DNA of 64,000 bases from a virus. Position numbers and translations under genes: made by a program. Of the stretch, positions 1-9,310 are shown in pieces. The DNA lies in IMG/VR virus record IMGVR_UViG_3300040801_005525, positions 18,838 to 82,837 of that record, one strand, 5' to 3'. Below the pieces are notes generated by a model that was given only the letters and a program-made list of their open reading frames with translations, ran no database searches and was not told the DNA's origin. Position 1 is the first letter of the stretch. Each line of letters begins with the position of its first letter.

Positions 1-2
1 AC

Positions 3-1586
3 GCCGATCGCGAGGCCAAAGCCCTCCTCGAGAAGATGAAAAAGAACCCCTCCCCACCCCCCTCTGCACCCGTGATGCACGACGATGACGTGCGCACGAT
101 CGACCACACTCCCGATCTTGCCGAGCGCACCGCGCGCCCCAACCAGCCAAAATCCCCTACGCGCGACATGGCCTTTGCTGACGGGCCACCTCCACGCAAC
201 GTGAAGATGCGACTCATCGAGTTTGCACGCTACTTCACGATCACCGAGGGCGCGCTTCGATTTCGTGGCAAGAACCCTGATTGGCCCGAGTTCCACATCG
301 AGTCGAGCGGGAGGGGAGGCAAGCCTGCGCTCATCTGGTATGGCGATGCGATCATCCCTGACGAGGGGGATGGCGGCGATGCGCCGGAGCTCGACGACGA
401 CCTGGTCGCTGACGAGGGTCTGCTCGAGGACGTGGATGACGGCGCCGACGTGTCGAGCACCGCGTCAGGGGACGCATCGGAGGTGGCGGACCTGCGCAGG
501 CAGCTCGAGCAGCTCGAAGCCAAGGTCAAGGACTTCGAGAGCGTCAAGACATCGAGGGACGCGTGGCGCGCACAGTACGAGGAGGCCGATGCACGCGCCG
601 AGCAGCTCGAGGCGCGCGTCACCGCGCTCGAAGGGGAGGTGGCACGAGGTGAGGAGAGGCTCACCCAGAGGACAAAACGCCACGAGGACGATGTGCGCGA
701 CTTCGGCGCCGAGCGCGACCGATGGAAGAAGGATGCGCTCGCGCTGCAAGAGGACATCGACGCCTGCCACGACCTGCTCGATGAGGATGAGGATGCGGCG
801 ACTTGCAATGAGGCGAGGAGCCCGAAGCTCTCACGTCGCATCACGCTCACGCTTGGGATCTTCCAGAGCATGAAGCTCGTCAGGGATGGGGAGATCGAGA
901 AGCTGACCCGTGAGAAGACCGAGCACCTCGCGCAGCTCGACGAGGCACGACAGAGTGCAAATAACTGGAAGAGCGAGTGCGAACGTGTCAGCGCACACAT
1001 GCTCGCCTGTCACAAGTTGTTCGCGCGCGAGGGCGAGCCCAAGGATGATCGTTTGCTCGAGGAGAAGGTGCGCGAACTCCTCACCTCTTATGACCTCGTG
1101 AGCGATGCACTCACGCAGGCACGTGACGAGATCAACGCGATCGAGGCGCGCCACACGGAGAGGTTCGACACGTTGTGCGCGGCATATAGGGAGGCGTGCA
1201 CACGGCACGAGGAGGCGATGGCCACGCTCCGCCATGAACTCGATGAAGCTGAAGCGCGGTTGCGGGAGCACCAGGAGACAGAGACGAACGTGCACCAGGT
1301 CAAGGAGGCTCACGGGGCAACCGAGGTGTGCGCGAGCGGTGCAGAGGGGAGGGGTGGGGATCTTCTCTCTTCTCTGATCGAGGTCAACCCGAACGACATG
1401 GTGGACTGGACCATTCATCTGGACGCGCGAGTGCATGCAGTCAGACAGTGTGCCCCTGATGAGCTCGATCCGGGGCAGCTCGTCAAGCTCGTCAATGACC
1501 TGGCGCACATGCTCGGCGAGGAGAAGAGTTACAGCATGTGCAAGCTCGCCACGGTGTATGCACACATGATGAGGAAGAGGGTATGA
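3..1586 (+). CDS. Long coiled-coil hypothetical protein, probably 5'-truncated by the window
   Basis: ORF 36..1586 stays open upstream to the window edge (ADREAKALLEKM); heptad-rich, acidic. Confidence 0.75.
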   Translation, partial: ADREAKALLEKMKKNPSPPPSAPVMHDDDVRTIDHTPDLAERTARPNQPKSPTRDMAFADGPPPRNVKMRLIEFARYFTITEGALRFRGKNPDWPEFHIESSGRGGKPALIWYGDAIIPDEGDGGDAPELDDDLVADEGLLEDVDDGADVSSTASGDASEVADLRRQLEQLEAKVKDFESVKTSRDAWRAQYEEADARAEQLEARVTALEGEVARGEERLTQRTKRHEDDVRDFGAERDRWKKDALALQEDIDACHDLLDEDEDAATCNEARSPKLSRRITLTLGIFQSMKLVRDGEIEKLTREKTEHLAQLDEARQSANNWKSECERVSAHMLACHKLFAREGEPKDDRLLEEKVRELLTSYDLVSDALTQARDEINAIEARHTERFDTLCAAYREACTRHEEAMATLRHELDEAEARLREHQETETNVHQVKEAHGATEVCASGAEGRGGDLLSSLIEVNPNDMVDWTIHLDARVHAVRQCAPDELDPGQLVKLVNDLAHMLGEEKSYSMCKLATVYAHMMRKRV

Positions 1587-2323
1587 CGACATTCGGCGAT
1601 GTGAGGAGTGCCATTCAGAACGGGTCGCGTTGCCCGAGCCTCGGGAGGGTGCCCGAGGAAGACAGGGCGGCGTGCATCGCTTATGTGGAGCGGGCCGGGG
1701 AGAGGGCCGTGGTGGAGTCCTCGGTGTTCATCGGCCAGGTCAGGATGCCGAGCCCCTACGTGGGGTCAGATGAGGAGGACATCGATGTGCCGTGCACAGA
1801 CATCAGCAGGATCGGGGAGTGCCACTCATGGCGCGTGCACCGGCTCGGGCTAGAGAGTGTAGCCTCATCGGAGGAGATGGACACGCGGCTCATGATGAAC
1901 AGGTGGGTGTGCGACAAGCTGCTCGATCGGCTCGATGGATGGAAGGCCGTCATCGAAGGCGAGCCTGAATTGTCTGGACTTCGAGAGCGTCTCTTCGTTC
2001 TGCCTGAACGCCTGGTCAAGCTTCTTGTCTCCGACATGGATTGGCTCGACCTCGAGTACAGGATTCGGGGGCAGTTGCTGGGTCACGCTCAACTCCTTCG
2101 CCGTGTCGCATCTGGAAGTGCAGGAGCTCTATTCTGGGACACGCTCGAACTCATGGATGCGATGATGGAGAGCGCCATGCACGGAGATCCAGTGAGTTTG
2201 GACTTCGAGATGGTGCATCTCTTCGCCAAGACCGAGGAGGCCATCGAAGACCTGAAGCTCGATCTGATGCGGTTCATTCTATGGAGCGCTGAACGAAGTG
2301 ACTTCGTCCTGAGGCCTGCATGA
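1583..2323 (+). CDS. Hypothetical protein with N-terminal FGDVRS motif
   Basis: ATGA overlap with previous stop; begins MTTFGDVRSAIQ. Confidence 0.7.
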   Translation: MTTFGDVRSAIQNGSRCPSLGRVPEEDRAACIAYVERAGERAVVESSVFIGQVRMPSPYVGSDEEDIDVPCTDISRIGECHSWRVHRLGLESVASSEEMDTRLMMNRWVCDKLLDRLDGWKAVIEGEPELSGLRERLFVLPERLVKLLVSDMDWLDLEYRIRGQLLGHAQLLRRVASGSAGALFWDTLELMDAMMESAMHGDPVSLDFEMVHLFAKTEEAIEDLKLDLMRFILWSAERSDFVLRPA

Positions 2324-2880
2324 TGTTCAACGAGGTATTCGGAGAGGTACGCGCACTGTGTGCGGAGAGGGCATGGGCCAAGGCTTATCGCGCCACACAG
2401 CACGAGGCGTTCGCACAGCCACAACGCGAGGTGCTCATCTCCTATGTGGACGAGGCTCGCGCAGGCAAGAGGTTTGACCAGCAGCTCGTCGGGCCAAGGG
2501 TGCTTGCCGCTGGAGAGGAGCATGTGTACGAACCTCTCTACGTCCCCGAAGGTCCTGTCGAGTTGATGGCCCACGTGCGGGTGACGTTCCCACGTTTTGG
2601 GAATCGCGCGCACTCATTCCTTCCTGAACGCGCCAGGGTCAAACTCGAGATCCTCGTAGGCGGCTTGAGGATGGAAGCCTTCGAGGAGGTGGAGCCTCAC
2701 GCGCACTCTGACGAGCTCGCCGTCATGCTGCTGTGTGAGGGCACACTTCCCACGTTCTCTCATCTGGAGCCAAGGTGTACATGCGAGCTGAAGTTTCTCA
2801 TTGGAGAGAGGTTCATGAACTACAAGGACGCCACGCTCACAGCCGTCACGCTCTCGCTCAATTCGGGGAGGTTCTTCTGA
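2320..2880 (+). CDS. Hypothetical protein with N-terminal FGEVRA motif
   Basis: ATGA overlap; begins MMFNEVFGEVRALC. Confidence 0.7.
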   Translation: MMFNEVFGEVRALCAERAWAKAYRATQHEAFAQPQREVLISYVDEARAGKRFDQQLVGPRVLAAGEEHVYEPLYVPEGPVELMAHVRVTFPRFGNRAHSFLPERARVKLEILVGGLRMEAFEEVEPHAHSDELAVMLLCEGTLPTFSHLEPRCTCELKFLIGERFMNYKDATLTAVTLSLNSGRFF

Positions 2881-2895
2881 TGTGAACGAGTGAGG

Positions 2896-3141
2896 CTACT
2901 CTTCTTCGTTGCGATCAGCTTGAGTTCTGCTGTCCAGGTCTGCTCGAGCATCTGCTTCTGCCTCTTCTCTTGTTTCGAAGAAAATTGTATGAAGGCATGG
3001 CCCTACCGATCCCCCGTGTGGGTTTTCGTGCAAGGGGTATGAATAATACCAGCGTTCATCATCGTCCTGGATGATGTGAACCTTGACGGTGTTTCCCTTG
3101 GCGTCGAGCATGTCTATTTCGAGCGTCCTACGTGTCCCCAT
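2896..3141 (-). CDS. Small hypothetical protein
   Basis: 81 aa ORF with GAGGAG RBS upstream. Confidence 0.6.
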   Translation of the reverse strand: MGTRRTLEIDMLDAKGNTVKVHIIQDDDERWYYSYPLHENPHGGSVGPCLHTIFFETREEAEADARADLDSRTQADRNEEE

Positions 3142-3386
3142 GCTTAAATCTCCTCGAGAGTGTCACTATGGTCATTTTTGGAGAGGCCACGATCTCAAAA
3201 AGCGTGCCATGTGTAAAGCAACTCTGAATTCCGATAACACCTGTTATGTCCACTTTTCCTATTCACCCCTTTTATTTTGTTTTCTCTTTCTTTTTGAAGG
3301 GTTGTGCTCGACTTGAACGGTGATGAAGAGAGGCGCTGAGATGGAGCTCATCCTGAGCCCTTTTGTTTCATCGTATGACGAGCAGA

Positions 3387-3704
3387 TCATGAATCATCAT
3401 GCACGTCGTGCATGCCCGTCACATCGGAGAAGAGCTCCGGTCTGATTTCAACACGGAGGAGCTTCTCTCCAGTCGGGGTCTTTTGATAGATGGTCTTCTC
3501 AACCATCATGACACCCGGGACAAAATCCTCGAGCTCGTCACCAAAGGCACTGAACAACTCTGCTGAACTGTAACTGCGCGTGTGCTTCACGAATGTCGAG
3601 TTCGCCTCTTCCTTTGCAGCGTTGGCTTCCCTGAGCCTCTTACGTGCTCGAGGTCGTCTTCTATTCTTGTCGCGGTTACGCCTTGTGCCTCGCCGAGCTC
3701 CCAT
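3387..3704 (-). CDS. Hypothetical protein with basic N-terminus
   Basis: 105 aa ORF directly downstream of the RHH gene. Confidence 0.55.
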   Translation of the reverse strand: MGARRGTRRNRDKNRRRPRARKRLREANAAKEEANSTFVKHTRSYSSAELFSAFGDELEDFVPGVMMVEKTIYQKTPTGEKLLRVEIRPELFSDVTGMHDVHDDS

Positions 3705-3715
3705 GGGACCCCCTA

Positions 3716-3940
3716 TCAGAACACGAGCATGACTTCGCGCTCATTGCCTTCTTTGTCTCTGAGAATGACCGTGCTGCCCTGCTGTGTTTGCTCGAGCAAC
3801 GCATCGTAAAGCACCAGAGAATTGCGGATGACCTGAGTGAGAGACTCGGCCTGAGCGGTCTCTTTCACCCGCTCGAGCCGATCTCTGACGCTGGTCGAAA
3901 TACGCAGGTTGAGACGCACAGTCTCTGCGCTTTCTGCCAT
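3716..3940 (-). CDS. Ribbon-helix-helix (CopG/Arc-like) DNA-binding protein
   Basis: VRLNLRIS beta strand followed by two helices (VRDRLERVKE; LTQVIRNSLVLY); AAGAGG RBS. Confidence 0.75.
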   Translation of the reverse strand: MAESAETVRLNLRISTSVRDRLERVKETAQAESLTQVIRNSLVLYDALLEQTQQGSTVILRDKEGNEREVMLVF

Positions 3941-4768
3941 GGTTTTGCCTCTTTTCAGGAGCGCCTGTACCAGAGCATGGCGAGAATGAGGACTCCAAGA
4001 CCCATGTGATGTGTCCAATCCACGACCCCCTTGCAGACCAGGACGATCATCAGGATGATGAACATCGTGATCGAGATCCAGGGAGAATGTGAGATGTAGA
4101 AGCACGCTGTGAGTAGAGGATTTCGTTGTGAGACGACCTCCATCTCAAGGCCTTTTCTGTACGCTTCACGCTCACCTTTGCTCGGGTCAAAGGGCTCCAT
4201 ATGTGGGGTGCTCATGCTTGAGTCTCCATGGTCTATGGTGCTCTCCCTTGTCTGGGGAGAGTACCCCATGGAAACCAAGACAGAGCACGAGAGTCATCAC
4301 GAACATCATGATGAACTCTTGTGTCTGCAAGCTGGGTTTCCTTCGAAGGCGCGCCCGTCTGGTTTCTCTACTTCGATGGTTCAACGTGCATTATGTAGCG
4401 TTCTTTTTGCGAACTGAATCAGAAGTTAAGAGAGGTGACAGGGCGCCAGGCTCATCATCGAGCCACCAATGGAAACAAACTCTCTCTTACACTTTCTCCC
4501 CAAAGGGAGTGCTGCCGTCAGGCACATCACCAATTTAGGCGCCAGTTTTCTTCGCGTCAAGCTGTGTGAAGCAATTTGGCACCTGCTGAACAAATTAGCT
4601 CATTGAAGAGACAGAATGAGCAGGCAGGCTATGCACTAGTACGTCCCTTCCATGCCCATGATGTGACCATGTCTTCAGAAGAGCGAAGAGCCATAATTTA
4701 ACTTGACCGATGTTCAGTGTTTGGGGTGTCATGTGTCTCCATCTCGAACCCAAGCAAAGGAGCACGCC

Positions 4769-5140
4769 ATGAGCCAGGATCCCATCATGCCCCAGATCCA
4801 TACCCGCAAGAAGAAGAGCACACGCGGTGTCGTCATTACCGAAACCGAGGGGCGCGTGATCGTGTGTCCCATGCCCATGATGGATGTGAGGCTCGTGCTG
4901 CGCGCCAGGTGGGAGGATGAGCCTTACATCAAGGAGCTTGGCACCACGGGCAACGCGTGTTGGATGGGGCAGCTGTGGACAACTGGACCGGATGCGCGCG
5001 CACTGCGCGATGAATGGGGGGAGGTGCTCGAGTTTGGGGAGGAGACCATGGAGCGCCTGATGCAGCTCGGCCTCGATCTGTTCGCGGGGCACTACGACGA
5101 GGACCTTCAGTACAGAGAAGATGCAACCAAGCCAGAGTGA
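4769..5140 (+). CDS. Hypothetical protein
   Basis: AAGGAG RBS before ATG 4769; followed by a hairpin. Confidence 0.7.
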   Translation: MSQDPIMPQIHTRKKKSTRGVVITETEGRVIVCPMPMMDVRLVLRARWEDEPYIKELGTTGNACWMGQLWTTGPDARALRDEWGEVLEFGEETMERLMQLGLDLFAGHYDEDLQYREDATKPE

Positions 5141-5186
5141 GTAAGGGCGTGTGCCCTTCTCTACTCCCGCCTATTCAGGACCACAA

Positions 5187-5225
5187 AGAGGCTCCGAGCA
5201 TGACTGCTCGGGGCCTCTTTCATTT
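5187..5225. terminator. Intrinsic terminator between convergent genes
   Basis: AGAGGCTCCGAGCA-TGAC-TGCTCGGGGCCTCT hairpin with T-rich tail. Confidence 0.7.
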
Positions 5226-5564
5226 TACCTCGTGCCACATCGTCTTGGCCCGGTTCGTGTTGTTCTCCTTCTCCACGATCTCGAAGCCCCCTTCTACGCT
5301 GAACTCTCCGAGCGCCACGCGCTCGCCTTCACTAGGAGCGAGCACGAACACGCGCTCGCTCCTCTTCTCCCTGTGCACGAGCCGCACGTGCATCACGCTC
5401 CAGCCCGTCACACGCTTTGTGCGCCACGCGATGCGCGCACCCTCTCCGTCACGCTCCACGCCCTCATCGAGCAGCTCCTCGACGCCATCATGGCGCACCT
5501 CGAGCTTGAACAGGGGGCTTGTGCCCTCATGCACCTGGATGCTGTGGGGATCTTCGTCTTTCAT
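5220..5564 (-). CDS. Hypothetical protein
   Basis: 114 aa ORF, ATGA-coupled to the upstream gene. Confidence 0.65.
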   Translation of the reverse strand: MKDEDPHSIQVHEGTSPLFKLEVRHDGVEELLDEGVERDGEGARIAWRTKRVTGWSVMHVRLVHREKRSERVFVLAPSEGERVALGEFSVEGGFEIVEKENNTNRAKTMWHEVK

Positions 5565-6004
5565 ATCAACTCATCTCGATGCATGTCATACCTGTGAATG
5601 GCGCGCACGAGCTCGGGCCACTTGCGCATGCACACGCCCTCGCTCATCTGCTCGAGCACATCATAGGCCCAGCCGAAATGGTTTGCATAGACCACGTCGT
5701 CTTCGCACTCCTCGAGCAGCTCGAGCTCCTGCACCTCATAGGTGCCACCGAGCTCGCTGTTGAGGGTGAAGCTCACCCACCAGCCCTCCCCGTCTTGCTT
5801 TGGGGTGACGCACTCCATGAGCGTGCACTCGCGCCACGTGCGCACCAGGCGGGCGGTCATCCGCTCGAAGTTGATGACGCGCACGAGCTGCCCGGGGCCC
5901 TTTGGCGCGGTGAGCATGAACGCCCTGAACTCCTCCTGTTGTGCGGCGCGTCGCATGTGTGTGTCCTCGTCTCCTGTCATGATCTGTCGTGCGCGTGGGT
6001 GCAT
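5561..6004 (-). CDS. Hypothetical protein
   Basis: GAGAGGA RBS before ATG 6004. Confidence 0.65.
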   Translation of the reverse strand: MHPRARQIMTGDEDTHMRRAAQQEEFRAFMLTAPKGPGQLVRVINFERMTARLVRTWRECTLMECVTPKQDGEGWWVSFTLNSELGGTYEVQELELLEECEDDVVYANHFGWAYDVLEQMSEGVCMRKWPELVRAIHRYDMHRDELI

Positions 6005-6030
6005 GGTGTCCTCTCTTTGTGTGTGGGGTG

Positions 6031-6816
6031 TCAAGATGTGTGCAGGCGCTTGCCTGCGGCTGAAGCGAGCGTACGGTTCAAGCGCTCGCGCAAGTCCTCG
6101 TCGAGTCGAAGGTGGATCGTGCCCTTCTTGAAGGGCTTCAAGGCACACCATCCAAGCTCACGCCATACCCCGAACTCGAGCCCGAGCTCGTTCAACACGT
6201 CATACTCTTCGTGGAGCGTGCCCATCGACGCCACGGCGCCGTGCAGATGCCCGAGCCTTTTTAAGTCATAGAGCCGGTCCCTGAACTGGTAGCCGATGCG
6301 TGGCACATCGGTGTAGCTATACAGCGCGTGCTCGATGATGAGGCGTGGCCCAAAGCTGGGCGCGTCATTGCTCCTGTAGCCGCGGTGGAGCGCGCGCCAC
6401 ATGTCATACACGCTCTGTGTGAGCACCTCGGGCGCGCTCGCCCTGGCCTCGAAGAGCGTGGCCATGAGGTTGTCGTGTGTGAGATCGGGGAAGCGATCAG
6501 CATACAGATCGCTCGTGAGCTTGTCGCGCTGCTCGGCGCTCATTAGCTCACCGAGCGTACGTTCGAGCAGGTGCTGCCACAGCGCGCGATCGATGTGCAA
6601 CGCCTTGACGATCGCCTCGTCACTCTCCCAGGCGCTCGCCCAACCAAGCCGCTCACCCACGACATGCCCCGCTAACCCAGAGCCTGTGATCGCCTGCATG
6701 GCGCCGTTCATCTCGACATAGGCCTCGTGCATGCGCTTTGCGGCCTCGAGCGCGCGTGTGCGTGCGTCAAGGATGCGCGTCGTCTCGCGCTGCTCCTGTG
6801 TGGTCAAGTCATCCAT
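6031..6816 (-). CDS. DUF4942-family protein
   Basis: IDRALWQHLLE..ELMSAEQRD..NLMATL..YRSND..FGPRLII..FKKGTIHLR..RLNRTLA pattern. Confidence 0.75.
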   Translation of the reverse strand: MDDLTTQEQRETTRILDARTRALEAAKRMHEAYVEMNGAMQAITGSGLAGHVVGERLGWASAWESDEAIVKALHIDRALWQHLLERTLGELMSAEQRDKLTSDLYADRFPDLTHDNLMATLFEARASAPEVLTQSVYDMWRALHRGYRSNDAPSFGPRLIIEHALYSYTDVPRIGYQFRDRLYDLKRLGHLHGAVASMGTLHEEYDVLNELGLEFGVWRELGWCALKPFKKGTIHLRLDEDLRERLNRTLASAAGKRLHTS

Positions 6817-6891
6817 GTCATCCTCGTCGAAGTATGCGGTGCGTGTCTGTGAGTAAGGAAGAGAGAGAAGAAGATCCCCCCCTCCCCTCTG

Positions 6892-7284
6892 CTAGACCCC
6901 TTGTGGAGCGATGTGTCCCATCCATGCGGTGTCGATGCGGTGGAAGCTCGTGCCGTTGAAGCGGTAGAACTCGCCATCCACGCGGTAGAGGACGCCCTGA
7001 CACAGCTGCGCCCTGTGCGCATCAGCGAGCTCCCACATCGTCTCGTAGGGGTTCGAGATCTTGCGGTAGAGCCCGAGCGTGAGGAGTTGCCTTGTGGGGA
7101 GCGTGAAGCCCTGGCGTGTGGCCTCTTCGAGGTCGTGCGCGAGCGCCGTGGGGGCGAGCTCCGAGTCGAGCCACCCGGAGCGGGTGTGGTGGACATGGCC
7201 CGTGGCGTCCAGGCAGTCGAGCTGAAAGCCGCGGCCCTGTGAGGCGTGAGAGAGGCAAAGCGTTCGAGTCGTGAAGGTGTGCAT
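6892..7284 (-). CDS. Hypothetical protein
   Basis: GAGGA RBS; 130 aa. Confidence 0.65.
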   Translation of the reverse strand: MHTFTTRTLCLSHASQGRGFQLDCLDATGHVHHTRSGWLDSELAPTALAHDLEEATRQGFTLPTRQLLTLGLYRKISNPYETMWELADAHRAQLCQGVLYRVDGEFYRFNGTSFHRIDTAWMGHIAPQGV

Positions 7285-7358
7285 GATGTCCTCGCAGAGC
7301 AGAAGTCAGAGGGAGGGGGGAGAGTGGCGCCCTCCCCCCGTGTAAGAGAGGGAGAGGG

Positions 7359-7724
7359 TCAATATTGGCCGTGGAGCGCCTGCCACGCTTCGGGCTCTTC
7401 CTGCTGCCTCCTCTCCTCCTCTTCGACTTCATCCACACGCTTCTGCGTGGTCACGCCCATCCCCTCACACACTTCACAGTCCACGTCGAAGTCGTAGCCG
7501 CGCCAGTCCTGACCGCTCCAACCGCCCTTGCCCTGACAGCAGGGGCAGTCGATGACCCCGAAGCGCCTGACGATCTCGGCGAGCTGGATGTCACGGAGCG
7601 TCTCGCTCCAGAGCTCCTCTGTGGCGCGATAGTAGGCGCCCTCCCAGTCTCCCTGAGCCATGTCGCTGCGAATCTCACCGATCGTCAGGGCGTCCATCTC
7701 TTCTTGTTCTTTGTAGTCTGTCAT
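7359..7724 (-). CDS. Small protein with DnaJ-type CxxCxGxG zinc finger and IGEIRS motif
   Basis: CPCCQGKGG and CEVCEGMG; AAGGAG RBS. Confidence 0.7.
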   Translation of the reverse strand: MTDYKEQEEMDALTIGEIRSDMAQGDWEGAYYRATEELWSETLRDIQLAEIVRRFGVIDCPCCQGKGGWSGQDWRGYDFDVDCEVCEGMGVTTQKRVDEVEEEERRQQEEPEAWQALHGQY

Positions 7725-7809
7725 GAGGGGCTCCTTTGGAGCAGCGGGCCACGTTTTGTCACTCCGGGCCACGGGGGGAGGGTGGAGGGCGTCATGTCCT
7801 CCTCGCTAC

Positions 7810-7850
7810 ACCACCTATTATAGTCACCCCATCGATCACGGCAAGGTGGT
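7810..7850 (-). promoter_or_regulatory. Leftward sigma70-like promoter bracketed by an inverted repeat
   Basis: Minus strand TTGCCG-16 nt-TATAAT (7844-7817), flanked by ACCACCT (7810) and AGGTGGT (7844). Confidence 0.5.
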
Positions 7851-7943
7851 TTTGTAAATATTTTTTCTTTGATTTTTATTTCTTGTCAATATATTGTAGT
7901 CGTGCTCTCTGACCACTCACCTTACTTCAGACCAGGAGACCTC

Positions 7944-9014
7944 ATGAGTTCCCGCATTAAATACGACTCCGCACAGGCCGCTTCATGGCTCGAAATGCTT
8001 CAGACCACCAAGAAGGGGGCGAGCGACCTCATCGGTGTGAGCAGGCCACGCTTTGACAAGATCCTCGAGCAGGGAGCGAGCGACACCGAAGCGCTCGCCA
8101 TGAAGTTTGTCGAACGTGAGCATCTTCAAGCCGCAAGGCTCGCTTCACAGATGTCCCCGATGACCGCAGTCAAGCTTGCCTTCGAGAACATCGAATCCAT
8201 CTATCGTAAGGAGGAAGGCACGACCGATCATGACACGGGGATCGAGCTTGGAGATGAGGGGAGGCTCGTGTTGCCTTCACCTGGGTTGGTCGTCGTGACA
8301 GGACCACCCTCGAGTGGAAAGTCTTCCCTGCTGCGCCAGCTCGTCTCGCAGAAACCCATGGCGAGCCAACTTGCTTATCTCTGTCTCGAACAACCCATGA
8401 CCGAAGCCGTCATCAAGCTCATGTGCCAGGTCGCGCGTATCCACTCGAGTCACATCAAGACAGCGCGCCTCAGCGAGAATGACTGGGCACGACTCATCAA
8501 GGCTGCTGGCGATCTCTCCGAGGCAAACGTGAGCATGATCGGTCAAACCTGGGCGCTCGATGACATCATCGAGCATGTGCACGCCTTACACGCCACACGC
8601 GGACTCGATGCCTTCGTGCTCGACGGCCTTGGTCTCGTCGAAGTGCACGATGCGCGATCACGATCCGAGGAGCTCGCACGTGTGGTACGCAAGCTCAAAA
8701 AGCTTGCCTATGAGCTTGGCATTCTCGTCGTCACCAGCGCCCATACTCAGAGCCAAACAGCGCGCCACAAGCGACCATCGCTCGCAGACATCGAGCAAGC
8801 TCCCGGTCCTCTTCACTACGCAGACACGATCCTCGCATTGCACCGTGAAGAGCTCTTTGACCCAAACTCTGAACTCAGGGGGATCGCGGAGCTCCATACG
8901 CTCAAGCATCCTGACGGGCAACTCAGGACAACGCCCCTGCGCTTCTTCCCCCAATACGGACGCTTCGAGCCGCTCAGTGAGAAGGATCGGCAAGATGCAT
9001 TCTCCTTCCTCTGA
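7944..9014 (+). CDS. Xre/Cro-like HTH fused to a degenerate DnaB C-terminal (RecA-fold) domain
   Basis: N-term KKGASDLIGVSRPRFDKI; Walker A GPPSSGKS, CLEQ, VLDG, KRPSLADI, ADTILALHRE; CAGGAG RBS. Confidence 0.85.
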   Translation: MSSRIKYDSAQAASWLEMLQTTKKGASDLIGVSRPRFDKILEQGASDTEALAMKFVEREHLQAARLASQMSPMTAVKLAFENIESIYRKEEGTTDHDTGIELGDEGRLVLPSPGLVVVTGPPSSGKSSLLRQLVSQKPMASQLAYLCLEQPMTEAVIKLMCQVARIHSSHIKTARLSENDWARLIKAAGDLSEANVSMIGQTWALDDIIEHVHALHATRGLDAFVLDGLGLVEVHDARSRSEELARVVRKLKKLAYELGILVVTSAHTQSQTARHKRPSLADIEQAPGPLHYADTILALHREELFDPNSELRGIAELHTLKHPDGQLRTTPLRFFPQYGRFEPLSEKDRQDAFSFL

Positions 9015-9217
9015 GCCGGAGCGTAAATAAATTTACAAACCGATTGAGCGGTAGTGACTTGCACCTGGTCGCGTCGAGGACAAAACGTGATGGATTTGGT
9101 GGGCGCCCCAAACGTCCCAGCTTTTCTGTGTGGTAAAACGTGGCGGGAAAGTTTCACCCGATGTGATGGCTATTCTGGATTTTCATTCGGGAGGGATTTC
9201 GAGGACTTATCGGCAAA

Positions 9218-9270
9218 GGTGAAATAATTACACCAAATGCATTGACAGGTGAAATGATTGCACCTATATT
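9218..9270 (+). promoter_or_regulatory. Sigma70 promoter with two tandem palindromic operators
   Basis: TTGACA (9242)-17 nt-TATATT (9265); operators GGTGAAATAATTACACC (9218-9234) and AGGTGAAATGATTGCACCT (9247-9265). Confidence 0.8.
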
Positions 9271-9310
9271 GGGTTTCAGAAGGCAATGACGCCTACCACG
9301 GAGACTCGCC

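Noticed and set aside
3955-4384. ORFs 3955-4278 and 4187-4384
   Set aside because: Overlapping, weak RBS and no motifs; cannot decide which, if either, is real.
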